From positions 1-62,499 of the forward strand of contig CAZWXR010000001.1 of the NCBI GenBank assembly GCA_964637985.1: DNA of 62,499 bases. Direction: 5' to 3'. Below the pieces are notes generated by a model. It ran no database searches and was not told the origin of the DNA. It saw nothing but the letters and a program-made list of their open reading frames with translations. The stretch is from an uncultured Candidatus Poseidoniales archaeon. GTDB taxonomy: Archaea; Thermoplasmatota; Poseidoniia; Poseidoniales; Poseidoniaceae. Both the position numbers and the translations under genes were made by a program. This document shows positions 1-9,108 of the stretch, piece after piece (position 1 is the first letter of the stretch; each line of letters begins with the position of its first letter).

Positions 1-52
1 TATCGTCCCTTTCCACTTTTATTGACTCTTTGAGTATTGTCATTGATTTCAT

Positions 53-373
53 TCAGTTTTTGTAAAAAACACATACATTTCCACGTGACAAAACCAAGAC
101 TGAATCTGAAACATTCGCAAGATGTGTCCAAACTTCGATGAGTTGACTTTTGTCAAAAAGACCTTTGTTCACCTTAACCTTGACGATTTTTTTCGTCTTC
201 AATTGATCTTGAAGTTCTTTTTCAACCATCTCAGATAAACCGGATTTACCAATTCGAACTGTTGGTTGAAAGTCTCTTGATTTTGCTTTTTGCAAAACCC
301 AGTCCGGTAATTTACTCAGTTTTCTCCCTCCTGTGACTCTTTGGGCCTCCGCCAGCTCGGCGTTGATAACCAC
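53..373 (-). CDS. YhbY/CRM-domain RNA-binding protein
   Basis: RIGKSGLSEMVEKELQDQLKTKKIVKVKV matches the YhbY/CRS1 signature (IGKxGl...ELiKVK). The track start at 373 is a GTG (read from sequence) and overlaps rnp4 by 62 nt, so the true start is uncertain. Confidence 0.7.
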   Translation of the reverse strand: MVINAELAEAQRVTGGRKLSKLPDWVLQKAKSRDFQPTVRIGKSGLSEMVEKELQDQLKTKKIVKVKVNKGLFDKSQLIEVWTHLANVSDSVLVLSRGNVCVFYKN

Positions 374-647
374 ACAATTTGCAGGTACGAATGATTTGTC
401 CCGCCCGAATTCTCACCAAATAATTGGTACTCGAAAAATGACTCTTGAAGCACTTCTTGCAATAATGGAGATGTGCTTCTCTTGGCACTCTTAAGCGATG
501 ACGCCTCGATGTCTTTACAAAATGTCGAACGAGGACTTGATGTTGTTCTTGGTTACCCGAGGTGAACATCTGAGCCAAAAGATGCTTTTGAGATTGTAAT
601 GCAGCATCTCTTCTTTGGGATTTTAAACCATGATGTTTTCGAACCAT
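312..647 (-). CDS. rnp4: RNase P protein component 4 (Rpr2/Rpp21 family)
   Basis: Basic helical N-terminal half followed by a CxxC...CxxC zinc ribbon (YCKKC ... VRIRAGQIIRTCKLCG). The 111 aa size and layout are typical of archaeal Rpp21. ATG at 647. Confidence 0.75.
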   Translation of the reverse strand: MVRKHHGLKSQRRDAALQSQKHLLAQMFTSGNQEQHQVLVRHFVKTSRRHRLRVPREAHLHYCKKCFKSHFSSTNYLVRIRAGQIIRTCKLCGYQRRAGGGPKSHRREKTE

Positions 648-656
648 ACGTTCAAC

Positions 657-1283
657 TCAGGACAATACACGGAGAATATCTTTGGTGATGTCATCGATGT
701 CCCTATGCCCATCAATCCTAAAGAAAATCCCTTTTTCTTCGTAGAATCTTGCTAAAGGTGAGGTTTGTTGGTGATATGTTTCTAGTCGTGAACGTACGAC
801 ATCTTCGTTGTCGTCACTTCGGCGATGTTCTTCGAATGCTCCACAAGAGCAGCCTTCGACGGGCACAGGTTGGAAGGAATCGTGATACACCGTCCCACAA
901 TGACCACAGGTATACCTGCCACAAATTCGTTCAACGATGGCATTATCTGGCACCTCGATAGCAATGACATGCGTAATGGGAGTGATGCTGGCTAAGGCCT
1001 CTGCTTGAGGGACAGTTCGAGGAAATCCATCAAACATCACACCATGGAGGGCATCATCCTGTTGAAGTCGGTCTGCGATTAACGCAATGATGACACCGTC
1101 CGGTACCAAAGCACCTTGTTCCATGTATTCTTTTGCTTGGAGGCCTACTTGTGTTCTGGCTGCTACAGCAGCTCGAAGCATATCTCCCGTTGAAATTTGA
1201 GGCAAACCCGTTTGCGTTGTAATTCGTTGGGCTTGCGTACCTTTACCGGCTCCAGGGGGGCCAAACAAAACAATACTGCTCAT
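657..1283 (-). CDS. adk: adenylate kinase, long form with Cys4 zinc lid
   Basis: P-loop GPPGAGKGTQ at the N-terminus, ISTGDMLR motif, and lid with CGRYTCGHCG...CSCG. ATG confirmed at 1283. Confidence 0.95.
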   Translation of the reverse strand: MSSIVLFGPPGAGKGTQAQRITTQTGLPQISTGDMLRAAVAARTQVGLQAKEYMEQGALVPDGVIIALIADRLQQDDALHGVMFDGFPRTVPQAEALASITPITHVIAIEVPDNAIVERICGRYTCGHCGTVYHDSFQPVPVEGCSCGAFEEHRRSDDNEDVVRSRLETYHQQTSPLARFYEEKGIFFRIDGHRDIDDITKDILRVLS

Positions 1284-1319
1284 GGATGGGCTATGACATT
1301 CTCTTTTTGAATACTGGTG

Positions 1320-1814
1320 TTAATTTTGTCTTTCGAGCCATTGGTCACCGTAATGAATCCATTGTTCCATCGTCCAACCTGCAGGAAGACCTCCTGGTGG
1401 AAGTGGTGGCCCTGCCTTTGCTTGTGACAATTGAGGAGTTGGAATCTGAGGGATTCCCTTTCCTGCCGGAGGAGGCATACCGCCAGGTAATGCTGCTGGA
1501 GGCATTCCTGCTGGTGGGAGACCTTTCGGCACTTGGAAGGCAGGTGGAGGCATAGAAGCGGGAAGCGAAGCCATGCCAGGCGGGAGATTTTTGGGCACGC
1601 TCGATGGAACAACGGGAGTATCCATTGATTGGAGAATTGCTTGAGCAATTTCGTCTTTACTTACCTCTGCACTTGCTGTTTTGTTGATTGCATGGTCAAT
1701 GTCAAGTGCTTCCTCTCGTCGTGTATCGAGATGGTCGGGGTGTCCGTGCATGTCCGGTAACCCAAGAGCCGAATCATCTGAAGTCAATTCTCCAGATTGC
1801 TTCATTCTACGGGC
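1320..1814 (-). other. predicted cytoplasmic tail module: acidic linker + Pro-rich region + terminal LPAGWTMEQWIHYGDQWL motif
   Basis: The last 164 aa after the TM helix contain a long P/G/A-rich stretch (PPGMASLPASMPPPAFQVPKGLPPAGMPPAALPGGMPPPAG...) and end in GWTMEQWIHYGDQWLERQN. It is homologous to the tail at 31917-32180. Confidence 0.7.
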
Positions 1815-4800
1815 CAAGATAACAACGACGCCAAGGAAAATTACAGCGATAGGAACGCTCACATACACTGGTAAATCTTGGAAGAATCCGCTATCACCAC
1901 CGGCTCCATCTGTGGTCAATTCGAGAGTCAATGTCATTATTTCATTCGATTGAGTTGTGAGATTGATGAGCAAATATCCTTTGGCGATAGACGCACCCTG
2001 CTTTGGAGAAACTGTCAATTCAAATTCTAATTCTTGTCCAATTGCTAAATTTTCGACTGAAGATTCTGATAATGATACAGTCCAATCCGTCCTTACCTCG
2101 TCATCTTTATCTACAACCACGAGTGATAAGTCTCCGAATAAAGGAACATTACCATCATTGCGTAGAATAATTTTTGTTGACTCTGAGTCATCTGCATTCA
2201 TGAGTTGGAACGGTTTATTTTCAGGTTGTTCTAAAGACAAATTCCCATACATCGAACTCAATACACCAACAGTTGTGTTCACGGAACTCATGGTTGTACG
2301 ACCCAAACTTGTTCCTGTGACAAAGACTTGCAAATTGAATGATTCATCGCCGATACTTGCTCCGGCTGGTGGCGAAATCCCAATTCTAACGGTACCAGAA
2401 TCCCTTGGTTCCAAGTAATTTATTGGGTTTGAAAAACCGATTGTCCAGCCATCCGGCGCGACGTTATTTGACCATTCCAAATTCAGAGGTGTATTTCCAA
2501 TATTCTTGACAGTGTACTCTCCAAATGTGTAACCGTCAGAAATTTTCGTCATGATTTTTCCACTTGTTGGGCCGTTTAAATCTAAGGCAAGTTCATCTTT
2601 GACGACCAGTTTCGTCGAATTGCTTCGGTAATTTGATGACGATTTCTCAGTTCGTATAGTGAAGGTGTTTTCATCACCTTCGTCAGCGGCCTCAGGAACG
2701 CCAAAAAGGAGCTGGACTACTTTTGTTTCGCCCGCTGCAATGTTGAGCGATAATTGTCGGGTATCAACTCGATCATTTTCCGACAACTGGGCAATCCATG
2801 ATTCAAATGCAGAAATAACCCTGACGGTGAGAGCAATATCGCGGTTGCCCAAATTTTCAACTGTCAAATTCATGTAAATAAATTGACCAGAATCAACGGC
2901 GATATCATCTTCTAAGGTCGAAGGGCCGAAGTATCCATCATCATCGCTTAACCTCACTTTGTAATCGTCGAATGGGTCAACAGTGACCTGAACAACTTCA
3001 GTGTGATTCATTGAAGCATCAGTCAGTGAAGTAACATAGCATGTCACGCTGTCAATGAATCCAGCGGTTGGCAACCCATTTGCTACCGGGGGGACGACGA
3101 TACGAATTGCCATTGGTAAGAACTCATGGAGGTCGAGAGGTTCGAAATCAAGCCGGGAAGAATTTGAATTTCCGAGCATAATCTGCCAACGGTTTTCTGA
3201 TTCGCATAGAACTGAATACTGTGCTGGTGAATTCCCGATATTTTTTACTGAAACTGAAAACATGACAGAATTTCCTGGTACTGCTCGAAGGTCACTTGTT
3301 CCCGCTGAGGCGATAAGCACATCGTGGAATGTAGGCACTTCAAGCACTACCCGTTGAGTATGTGCTACTGTTGGTTGGAATTCGTATCGCACAGAAATGT
3401 CAATGACATATGTTCCTGCACGGATGTATCTTGGCGACTCAGGGTCTGTAAAATCAGCATCTACATCAAGGAGTTCAAGATCGACAAAATAGGTGTCATT
3501 CTCAGTACCTTGTGCAGACATCAAAACATTATCTCCTTTCGAAAATGTTCGTTGCCACGCATCGATTGACGGCTCGAGCAAATCAGGACGTTCAGCATTT
3601 GGCATTTGAACCATTGAAGCCGATATGTCAACGGATTGATTTCCAGTCCCCTCGTGTAAGACGACAAGTGGCAAGGTCACCACAGCTCCATCAGTAACAT
3701 CGACAGTTATTTTGGAATTATTTTCTCGTTCACTTTGGGTCTGAGGAATTGTTCCATCATCATTTGCAATCAGCACACGAACGCCAAGGGCCATCACCTC
3801 AACATCGACATCGAAAACATTGTTGTTTGTGCCATTTGATTCATCATTGATTTCGTCCACCTGACCCATAAGATCAACCGATAAGCGAAGAGAATGAACA
3901 CCAGTTGTCGAAAACGAATGGTAAATCGTCATCGAATCAAGTCCACCAGGAGATAGAGAGGACCTGTTTGCCTGTAACAATGTTTGACCAGTTGTGAGGT
4001 CTTCGAATTTAATCATGTGCGTACCTGTTTCTGCCGTACCTTGATTACTATACGCAACTGTGATGGATATGACATCGTTTCGAAGTGGATTTGTCGAAGA
4101 CAGAACAACACTTCCGTCATATGTCACGAGGTCGGCGATGGCGATGGGCGATGCAATTGCACTCATCACAAGAGAGAATTTTTGTGTCATTCCACCCTTG
4201 TGTTCGACACGTAGTACCCAGTTATCTTGACCTGAAAGAACGCCGGGCTTAATTTTGATTCGTTCAACGTTGTTGAGTGAGTCAGCGGAGCCACCTGTTG
4301 TTGATACACCATTTTGGAACACGTTGCCAAGATAAACTTGCCCAGAAGGTCCTTCGAGAATTAAATCAAGGTCGTTGACAAGTCGTGATTGCGTTTGTGC
4401 AGTGTTCGAACTACCCGCCTCATCAGACCATGCTAAGGTGATGTCAATCCCTTCATTCATATCAATAATGAATGGATACGAAAGGGAAAAACCGGGACGA
4501 ATCGTCTGTTTATCATCATAATATTGGTCAAGAATTGTTGAGCCGGAAGTAGGCATGATGGATTGTTCGAGATTAATTTGTCCCCAGCCTTCGTTTTCGT
4601 TAGGAATATCCTGCGTTCCCAAATCTGTTGCCCCATTGATGAGCACAGCCTTCACCAATGAACCAGAAGGTGTGAAAATGCTTTGTTGTTCTCGGAGATA
4701 TTCGCGAACCAATGCACCAACACCTGATGCAACAGCAGTTGCTTGAGAGGTTCCCGACAATGTCATGTAAAGTGGAGCCCCATTCGAATGGAATCCAGTT

Positions 4801-6290
4801 CCACAAGAAGTACCTGAAACGATGCTCGATTCCTCTGGCCGACCGGAGCAAATATTCACTCCTGGGGCAACCAAATCAGGTTTGATGCGCCCGTCCAAGG
4901 TTGGGCCTTCACTCGAGAATGAAGCAACATCGCCCTCAGCAGCACTTCCGCCAGCACCGGTTGTAGAGGCACCAATAGAAATTACATTTTTGGCAGTGCC
5001 CGGTGATGTCACCTGTGAGGCTCCCTGACCACCTCGATCTCCAACTGAGAAAAAGGGAATCATTTCAGGATAATCGTTCATGAAAAGGTCAACACTACGG
5101 GCGTCAGCGGTGTACTGTCCGTAATTTCCATTGATTCCCCATGCGTTGACTGCAACTCTTGCTGTTGCCGTTTCTGCATCTTTGAGCATGTCGTAAATTG
5201 AACCTAATCGGCCGAAAACACCTGTGGGGTCATGCTCTAAGGCGTACATCACAAGTTGTGCTCCAGGGGCGACGCCCTTGACCGAGGAATCGTTGGTCCC
5301 GTCACCAAGCACCGTGAGAGCGATATGTGTACCATGGCCTGTGTTTTTATCGGCGGGCGAAGAATCAAGACCAAATTGAGTGTATATAGCAACCACACGC
5401 CCATCGATGTCAGGATGGTCACGGTCGAGTCCGGTGTCTGTGATTGCAATTGTTTCACCAGTCCCATCTAAGGTAAACGTGGCGTTGTTTATGACGCCTT
5501 GAACACCTGCTATGCTTACTGCATTGGCATTATGAACTTCGAGGTTGAAACCCGGCTCCGTCCATATGATTCGTCCATCGTATGCAATTCTCTTCAGCAC
5601 TTGGTGATAGGAGGTTGTCTCGGTTGAAAGTGTACAAAATGTGGTCCCGCACATGACTGCTGTAGCACCACTCGAAAGAAGGTCAACGACCAGCCCATTC
5701 ATTCCCGCATCTGAAACATCAGGTGCAGGAATAAAATTGAGGACCTCGAGAGAGGACGATTGAGTATCCAAAACATCTGGATGGAGCCTCCATTCTGGTT
5801 GCATTGAGCCAATCCACCGAACATTTTCATCGCTTGAAATGTCATCGACAAAGGTTGTCGACCCTTGTGGTGCTCGAATTAGCCAAACTTCATTTGATAT
5901 GAATTCTAGAGGTGTAAATTCATGCGTAACCTGCAATCGTTCAAGAATCTCACCATTTCGTTGATTGAGTTGAAGAAGATACATGCCCGTGATTTCTCCG
6001 TCATTTATTCTTGAAAATGTTGTCGCCGTTGGTTCGATTTGATGCATTGGGTCAAATTGAACGGAAGCCAACGAAATTAATCCATTCGGCTCAATGAAGG
6101 TAGTTTTCCCCTCAATTGGTTCTTGAAACAAGGTCCAAGGCTTCGCATCTTCGATCGAACGAGGAGCATTGTAAACATCGACTTCTTGTGAAATCTCTTC
6201 CGGATGTTCAAAAGAAATAGAAGCGTATGGCTGGAGGAGAAACAAAATCGAGAAGAACAACACTACGCCTCTCAAACGATGCATATGCAT
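1320..6290 (-). CDS. giant (1656 aa) membrane-tethered subtilisin-like S8 serine protease with CARDB-like repeats
   Basis: N-terminal signal peptide (VVLFFSILFLLQPYASI). S8 triad motifs are AITDTGLD (Asp about aa 285, codon at 5436-5438), HGTHIA and SGTSQATAVASG. Several V-x-N-x-G-N CARDB-like strands follow (VKNIGNSPAQY, VENLGNRDIAL, VKNIGNTPLNL, LRNDGNVPLFG). A single C-terminal TM helix (VPIAVIFLGVVVILA) precedes a 164-aa tail. Confidence 0.9.
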   Translation of the reverse strand: MHMHRLRGVVLFFSILFLLQPYASISFEHPEEISQEVDVYNAPRSIEDAKPWTLFQEPIEGKTTFIEPNGLISLASVQFDPMHQIEPTATTFSRINDGEITGMYLLQLNQRNGEILERLQVTHEFTPLEFISNEVWLIRAPQGSTTFVDDISSDENVRWIGSMQPEWRLHPDVLDTQSSSLEVLNFIPAPDVSDAGMNGLVVDLLSSGATAVMCGTTFCTLSTETTSYHQVLKRIAYDGRIIWTEPGFNLEVHNANAVSIAGVQGVINNATFTLDGTGETIAITDTGLDRDHPDIDGRVVAIYTQFGLDSSPADKNTGHGTHIALTVLGDGTNDSSVKGVAPGAQLVMYALEHDPTGVFGRLGSIYDMLKDAETATARVAVNAWGINGNYGQYTADARSVDLFMNDYPEMIPFFSVGDRGGQGASQVTSPGTAKNVISIGASTTGAGGSAAEGDVASFSSEGPTLDGRIKPDLVAPGVNICSGRPEESSIVSGTSCGTGFHSNGAPLYMTLSGTSQATAVASGVGALVREYLREQQSIFTPSGSLVKAVLINGATDLGTQDIPNENEGWGQINLEQSIMPTSGSTILDQYYDDKQTIRPGFSLSYPFIIDMNEGIDITLAWSDEAGSSNTAQTQSRLVNDLDLILEGPSGQVYLGNVFQNGVSTTGGSADSLNNVERIKIKPGVLSGQDNWVLRVEHKGGMTQKFSLVMSAIASPIAIADLVTYDGSVVLSSTNPLRNDVISITVAYSNQGTAETGTHMIKFEDLTTGQTLLQANRSSLSPGGLDSMTIYHSFSTTGVHSLRLSVDLMGQVDEINDESNGTNNNVFDVDVEVMALGVRVLIANDDGTIPQTQSERENNSKITVDVTDGAVVTLPLVVLHEGTGNQSVDISASMVQMPNAERPDLLEPSIDAWQRTFSKGDNVLMSAQGTENDTYFVDLELLDVDADFTDPESPRYIRAGTYVIDISVRYEFQPTVAHTQRVVLEVPTFHDVLIASAGTSDLRAVPGNSVMFSVSVKNIGNSPAQYSVLCESENRWQIMLGNSNSSRLDFEPLDLHEFLPMAIRIVVPPVANGLPTAGFIDSVTCYVTSLTDASMNHTEVVQVTVDPFDDYKVRLSDDDGYFGPSTLEDDIAVDSGQFIYMNLTVENLGNRDIALTVRVISAFESWIAQLSENDRVDTRQLSLNIAAGETKVVQLLFGVPEAADEGDENTFTIRTEKSSSNYRSNSTKLVVKDELALDLNGPTSGKIMTKISDGYTFGEYTVKNIGNTPLNLEWSNNVAPDGWTIGFSNPINYLEPRDSGTVRIGISPPAGASIGDESFNLQVFVTGTSLGRTTMSSVNTTVGVLSSMYGNLSLEQPENKPFQLMNADDSESTKIILRNDGNVPLFGDLSLVVVDKDDEVRTDWTVSLSESSVENLAIGQELEFELTVSPKQGASIAKGYLLINLTTQSNEIMTLTLELTTDGAGGDSGFFQDLPVYVSVPIAVIFLGVVVILARRMKQSGELTSDDSALGLPDMHGHPDHLDTRREEALDIDHAINKTASAEVSKDEIAQAILQSMDTPVVPSSVPKNLPPGMASLPASMPPPAFQVPKGLPPAGMPPAALPGGMPPPAGKGIPQIPTPQLSQAKAGPPLPPGGLPAGWTMEQWIHYGDQWLERQN

Positions 6291-6354
6291 ACCGAATTTG
6301 AATCGACTTTTGAAAACAACCCTAAGTTGAATCGAATATGATGAAAATTAATCG

Positions 6355-7392
6355 TTAAATTCCATTATATCTCGAAATTGCAGCATCTGTTTTTTCGACT
6401 GATGTTTTCCAATCTGCCTCAATCCCCATGAGTGCTCTAATGGCGTCGACGTTTTCAGGTATGACATCAGATTCTTGGTGAATGGCCTGGAAATAGTACA
6501 ATGTATTTCCTGTTAATTTCACACCATCTGTCCATACAAAAATCTCATGCAAATCACCCCATTTCCGACCAATGTCTCGTGCAAATTCCATCACTTCAGC
6601 GGTGGACGTAATGCCGGTGTCCGCTCCACTCATGAGAATGATTCTTGGTTGAGATGCCCACAGATCAATGACTGATTCTGTTGTTAATCCATGTCCTTCA
6701 GGTAACGTGACCACAATCGAGTGGCAATGCATGATGGTAGTTGGAACGGCAACGGCCATCGAATTAATCTCAATTTCAGGACGAACTGTCATCACATCAG
6801 GACCGTGATGACTTGGGACTTTGAGCACAGGAGTAATCGCATTTATTGGTCCCTTTTTGGAATCCCCTGGGTCTGCAGCCCTTCGAATCATTGTGCATTC
6901 TACTTTTAGCGATTGGCATTGGTTATACAACGGAACGAGTGTTCTCGATAACCCTGTTGTGTTACATGATACAACTCTAGTGCCTTCGATGTTCAAATTT
7001 TCAGCGTGATTTGCCGAGGAAGTGTACGACATTTCAGTCATAGCATGTTTTTCTCCGCCTTGGAAAATCCATTTGACCCCCGCATGTTGATACAGTGCTT
7101 TGTTGGCCTCACCGACTTTCCCGGGCGAACAGTCGATAACGATGTCTGCAACAGAAAGCAAGTCGCTAAGGCCTCCATGACAAGTGTACCCTGCTTTTGA
7201 AAAGGCTTCAATCTTATCATTATCATCATATGTGCAATACAACGGATACCCTTTCCTGACGGCCAAGTCGCATCCAAATGAGGGTCGAGTCTTGGTTACA
7301 CCGATGATTTCCATGTCATCTTGAGCATCCACTGCATCTGCAACTCGCTTTCCAATTGTACCGTATCCATTGATTGCCACTTTAACGACCAT
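6355..7392 (-). CDS. gap: glyceraldehyde-3-phosphate dehydrogenase, archaeal type II
   Basis: N-terminal Rossmann motif VAINGYGTIGKRVADAV, catalytic VSCNTTGL, and a 345 aa length typical of archaeal GAPDH. Confidence 0.95.
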   Translation of the reverse strand: MVVKVAINGYGTIGKRVADAVDAQDDMEIIGVTKTRPSFGCDLAVRKGYPLYCTYDDNDKIEAFSKAGYTCHGGLSDLLSVADIVIDCSPGKVGEANKALYQHAGVKWIFQGGEKHAMTEMSYTSSANHAENLNIEGTRVVSCNTTGLSRTLVPLYNQCQSLKVECTMIRRAADPGDSKKGPINAITPVLKVPSHHGPDVMTVRPEIEINSMAVAVPTTIMHCHSIVVTLPEGHGLTTESVIDLWASQPRIILMSGADTGITSTAEVMEFARDIGRKWGDLHEIFVWTDGVKLTGNTLYYFQAIHQESDVIPENVDAIRALMGIEADWKTSVEKTDAAISRYNGI

Positions 7393-7529
7393 CGTTGCTT
7401 CCCGATGTAAAGGCCTTGCGTGATGTCAATAAACAATTCCCTACGGAAAGATTGTATCTTCTCATAAATTTTACACGATTATTGATAAATTGAAGGAGAG
7501 TATTTGACTAAGATGTGCGAGGGATTTGT

Positions 7530-9104
7530 ATGGCGGATGTATCAGATGTGGTGCAACGTTCGATGAGCATTAATGAAAAATTGCATCCTCGACTTGCTAC
7601 TGCTGCCGAACAGAATGCTATTCTCCGCATAGGCTGGACCAACGCTGGCGACCCAGTTCCAAAAAACGGCGAGTTGGGTCTTTGTCCAGGATTGCCAGAA
7701 GGTGCACGAATTAGAGCACTCGGCAAACTTGGTTCATGGATTGCTACCTTTGGTAAAGGTGGAAGTTTTACAATTCAAGGCAGTGCTGAGAACTTTCTCG
7801 GAGCAGGGAATCGTGGCTGTGCAATAACCTGTGAACAGTTCGCTGGAAACTATGCCGGATTTATGATGTTCGATGGCGTCATCAAAATTTTGGAAGGCGT
7901 TGGTGATGACGCAGGAAGCTCAATGCATGGAGGCACACTATTCATCCGAGGTTCTGCAGGGAAGCGTCTTGGAGGTGGAATGAGTGACGGCCTTATCGTT
8001 GTGCATGGCGATGTCGGTGATGAACCGGGTCTCGGAATGACCGGCGGTCAAATCATCATCAATGGACGATGCCCTCAACCACCTGAGGGTGTTGTTCTGC
8101 GTCCACTCACTGACAAGGAAATAAAGGCCATCAACAAAAAACTTGATGATGATATGGAAATTCCTGTAGACGCAGTTTGTTTGGAGGTCGAAGAAGATTA
8201 TCGACAACATTCACATCAAATTTATTCAGCATCGGGAGATTTGAGCACCGTTGGACTGGTTCCAGCAGACCATCCTCCACTTGAACCGTATGCATCTGTT
8301 GACACGGTCGCTTTACTCGGCGATCAAGAAGGCGTTGAAGCAATAGTTTTGCCGCTACCAATACTGCCAATGATTCAATCCGGAAATACCATGAAACCGA
8401 GCAATGATTTACCAATGCAACTCAAACACTTGCTCAACAGTCAACCTGCAATTGTTTGTGAACAACCTCGTGCAATTGACCTCGCATATGTCTGCAAAGA
8501 TACGATGGCTAATATGACGGAATTATTGGCCAATGTTTCTGGATTTGTCATTGACTTTGATTCATTCCCAAGTATGACCGCTGAGGAAATTGACGGTCTT
8601 CTCGTTGCACTCAAGGGACTTTCAAAAACAAACATCCCTGTCATTTCAATTCAATCGTTATCATTTGTACAATCTCAGCATCAACGTAGTGTGAGCCACG
8701 ATATCCATCTTGCATTGAGTCGATTGGAAGATGGAAGTGGCTCGCCATATGTCGCAGCACTGCCAATGATTGGCAGGTCATCGAAATCCAACTTATCATC
8801 ATCCTCACACTTGCCAGGAGCGTGCAGCGAACTTGCCCTTCACGGCCACGACCTTGCAGTTCTGATTGCAAGTGGCATGCCGATATCATCATGCACATGC
8901 CCTGTCGAACAATCAGAAGATATTGCAGTTTGGCTTCACGACATACAATCCGACCTCGCAAATAATTTGAGAAGAATAGGTGTTTCAACAATTGATGCCC
9001 TGTCTCGAGCGCACCTTCGTGCCCTCGATTATGAAACGGCTGCACTCAGTGGGTTGCGATTAGCAGGATATGAACGCCCACTTCCGCATTGGTTCTCGAG
9101 TTGA
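7530..9104 (+). CDS. GXGXG-domain (glutamate synthase alpha C-terminal / FwdC-like) protein fused to a divergent about 300-aa C-terminal domain
   Basis: Repeated beta-helix glycine pattern (GSAENFLGAGNRGC...GDDAGSSMHGGTLFIRGSAGKRLGGGMSDGLIVVHGDVGDEPGLGMTGGQIIINGRCP). The track start at 7515 is GTG. The ATG at 7530 (MADVSDV) is preceded by GAGGG at about -7. Confidence 0.7.
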   Translation: MADVSDVVQRSMSINEKLHPRLATAAEQNAILRIGWTNAGDPVPKNGELGLCPGLPEGARIRALGKLGSWIATFGKGGSFTIQGSAENFLGAGNRGCAITCEQFAGNYAGFMMFDGVIKILEGVGDDAGSSMHGGTLFIRGSAGKRLGGGMSDGLIVVHGDVGDEPGLGMTGGQIIINGRCPQPPEGVVLRPLTDKEIKAINKKLDDDMEIPVDAVCLEVEEDYRQHSHQIYSASGDLSTVGLVPADHPPLEPYASVDTVALLGDQEGVEAIVLPLPILPMIQSGNTMKPSNDLPMQLKHLLNSQPAIVCEQPRAIDLAYVCKDTMANMTELLANVSGFVIDFDSFPSMTAEEIDGLLVALKGLSKTNIPVISIQSLSFVQSQHQRSVSHDIHLALSRLEDGSGSPYVAALPMIGRSSKSNLSSSSHLPGACSELALHGHDLAVLIASGMPISSCTCPVEQSEDIAVWLHDIQSDLANNLRRIGVSTIDALSRAHLRALDYETAALSGLRLAGYERPLPHWFSS

Positions 9105-9108
9105 TAGT

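Noticed and set aside
312-373. 62-nt overlap between rnp4 and the YhbY-like ORF as a possible programmed overlap
   Set aside because: The YhbY-like 'start' at 373 is a GTG chosen by the ORF caller. The conserved domain begins well downstream, so the overlap is probably an annotation artefact.
1280-1648. 122-aa minus-strand and 89-aa plus-strand ORFs overlapping the 3' end of the giant subtilase gene
   Set aside because: These are alternative-frame or antisense products of the Pro-rich tail region. They have no motifs and overlap the adk start and the supported 1656-aa ORF.
6298-6335. 9-nt direct repeat TTGAATCGA (6298-6306 and 6327-6335) between gap and the giant subtilase gene
   Set aside because: It is short enough to occur by chance in AT-leaning intergenic DNA and is not seen in other intergenic regions here. 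It is noted only as a weak candidate promoter element.
9070-9108. Upstream ATG for pheT
   Set aside because: It overlaps the preceding gene. The MPTITV start at 9109 matches the usual archaeal PheT N-terminus and lies 4 nt after the upstream stop.
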